DNA of 63,771 nt, the filler included, from Collodictyon triciliatum (taxonomy: Eukaryota), in assembly GCA_043381765.1 (NCBI GenBank). It is 5 parts of 5 records of this genome, joined end to end, with 100 filler letters (N's around TTAATTAATTAA, not from the genome) between each part and the next. Parts side by side here need not be neighbours in the genome. Positions count along the whole stretch, not along the records: positions 47,354 to 57,543 come from JBHJMP010000111.1; positions 57,644 to 63,771 come from JBHJMP010000121.1; 3 more parts are not named here. One strand, written 5' to 3'. A program made the translations under genes and the position numbers. Shown here piece after piece: positions 47,254 to 63,771 of the stretch (position 1 is its first letter; each line of letters begins with the position of its first letter). Under the pieces are notes generated by a model. The model did not search any database and was not told the origin of the DNA. It worked only from the letters and a program-made list of their open reading frames with translations.

Positions 47254-47353
47254 NNNNNNNNNNNNNNNNNNNNNNNNNNNNNNNNNNNNNNNNNNNNTTA
47301 ATTAATTAANNNNNNNNNNNNNNNNNNNNNNNNNNNNNNNNNNNNNNNNNNNN
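47254..47353. other. Artificial scaffold-joining spacer
   Basis: TTAATTAATTAA at 47298-47309 within Ns. Confidence 0.95.
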
Positions 47354-47488
47354 AAAAAACAAAATAAAAAACAAAATAAAAAACAAAATAAAAAACAAAA
47401 TAAAAAACAAAATAAAAAACAAAATAAAAAACAAAATAAAAAACAAAATAAACAAAATAAAAACAAAATAAAAGCGACAAAAAATTAC

Positions 47489-57274
<9,786 letters not shown>

Positions 57275-57543
57275 TCTTTCTTTACTCCAAGCAATCCTTC
57301 CTGAATGAAACAATAATAGTAAAACAAAAAACAAAAAACAAAAAACAAAAAACAAAAAACAAAAAACAAAAAACAAAAAACATAAAACAAAAAACAAAAA
57401 ACAAAAAACAAAAAACAAAAAACAAAAAAAAAAAAACAAAAAACAAAAAACAAAAAACAAAAAACATAAAACAAAAAACATAAAACAAAAAACATAAAAC
57501 AAAAAACATAAAACAAAAAACATAAAACAAAAAACAAAAAACA

Positions 57544-57643
57544 NNNNNNNNNNNNNNNNNNNNNNNNNNNNNNNNNNNNNNNNNNNNTTAATTAATTAAN
57601 NNNNNNNNNNNNNNNNNNNNNNNNNNNNNNNNNNNNNNNNNNN
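57544..57643. other. Artificial scaffold-joining spacer
   Basis: TTAATTAATTAA at 57588-57599 within Ns. Confidence 0.95.
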
Positions 57644-57860
57644 AGTAAAAAAGTAAAAAAGTAAAAAAGTAAAAAAGTAAAAAAGTAAAAAAGTAAAAAA
57701 GTAAAAAAGTAAAAAAGTAAAAAAGTAAAAAAGTAAAAAAGTAAAAAAGTAAATATAACAAAAAAATAACAAAAAACAACAAAGAAACAAGGGAAAAAGA
57801 AAAGCAGACTCCAGAGGAAAAGTACAGCAGCAACGAGTCAGAAGCAGGGATCACAAGCCG

Positions 57861-63259
<5,399 letters not shown>

Positions 63260-63394
63260 ACATACTTTTCTTTTCCTTTTTCTCTCTCTTTCTCTCTTTA
63301 TCCTTTTTTCCTTTTTCTCTTTATCCCGCACCTTTTTATATCTCAAGCTAATCAATAAAACTCTGGTCTGTGAGACTCTCACAGCGTTTCCGCA

Positions 63395-63537
63395 TCATAC
63401 GCACACGCCATTTTTCCGGCTGCTCTGCGTCTTCAAAACGAAGCCGGGCTTTGCGTGCTGCTCCTGCTGGCCTTTGCTGGTGTGTTTCTTGTAATCCTCC
63501 GTCCTTGTGGAAAAGATCTTCTTGAAGCCCTCAAAAC
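63395..63537 (-). CDS. Possible terminal exon of a convergent gene (…GFVLKTQSSRKNGVCV*)
   Basis: GC-richer open stretch after an AAG acceptor, ending TGA; upstream exons would lie outside the window. Confidence 0.3.
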
Positions 63538-63644
63538 CTTCCCAGCGCAACCACAAAGCCACAGCATCACAAAACAAAAGAACACTAGAAAAAACAAGAC
63601 AACACAATTACCAACATATCAATCGATGAATCACATAAACTCAC

Positions 63645-63771
63645 AAAAGTCAAGAAAGTCAGGAAAGACAAGAAAGTCAAGAAAGTCAAGAAAGTCAAGA
63701 AAGTCAAGAAAGTCAAGAAAGTCAAGAAAGTCAAGAAAGTCAAGAAAGTCAAGAAAGTCAATAAAGTCAGG
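63645..63771 (+). repeat. (AAGTCAAGA)n 9 bp tandem repeat
   Basis: Directly visible, runs to the window end. Confidence 0.9.

Overview
Intron-rich, AT-rich eukaryotic (protist-like) draft DNA using the standard genetic code. It is five separate scaffolds joined by an artificial N44-TTAATTAATTAA-N44 spacer (at 18276, 36524, 47298 and 57588), so adjacency across those points is meaningless. Manual splicing gives 11 genes: a WD40-like/CH/DUF4062/NACHT protein (partial), a TMEM181/Wntless-like + class-3 lipase fusion, an anoctamin, IFT81 (with a textbook AT-AC U12 minor intron), an intronless P/U-type cyclin, a coiled-coil protein with AIR9-type A9 Ig repeats (partial), an FHA protein (partial), SPATA5/AFG2, a class I/II aminotransferase, a Kelch-ankyrin-GAF protein (partial) and an active myotubularin. 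Introns are full of microsatellites. The least-explained signals are (1) several very short (25-90 bp) A-tailed inserts flanked by 13-18 bp target-site-like duplications and (2) a recurrent 14-17-mer TTTGAATCGAATAAAG(G) whose clear intronic copies all lie antisense to the host gene. Together they suggest a family of micro-retroinsertions. All exon structures and family assignments were read by eye and are unverified.
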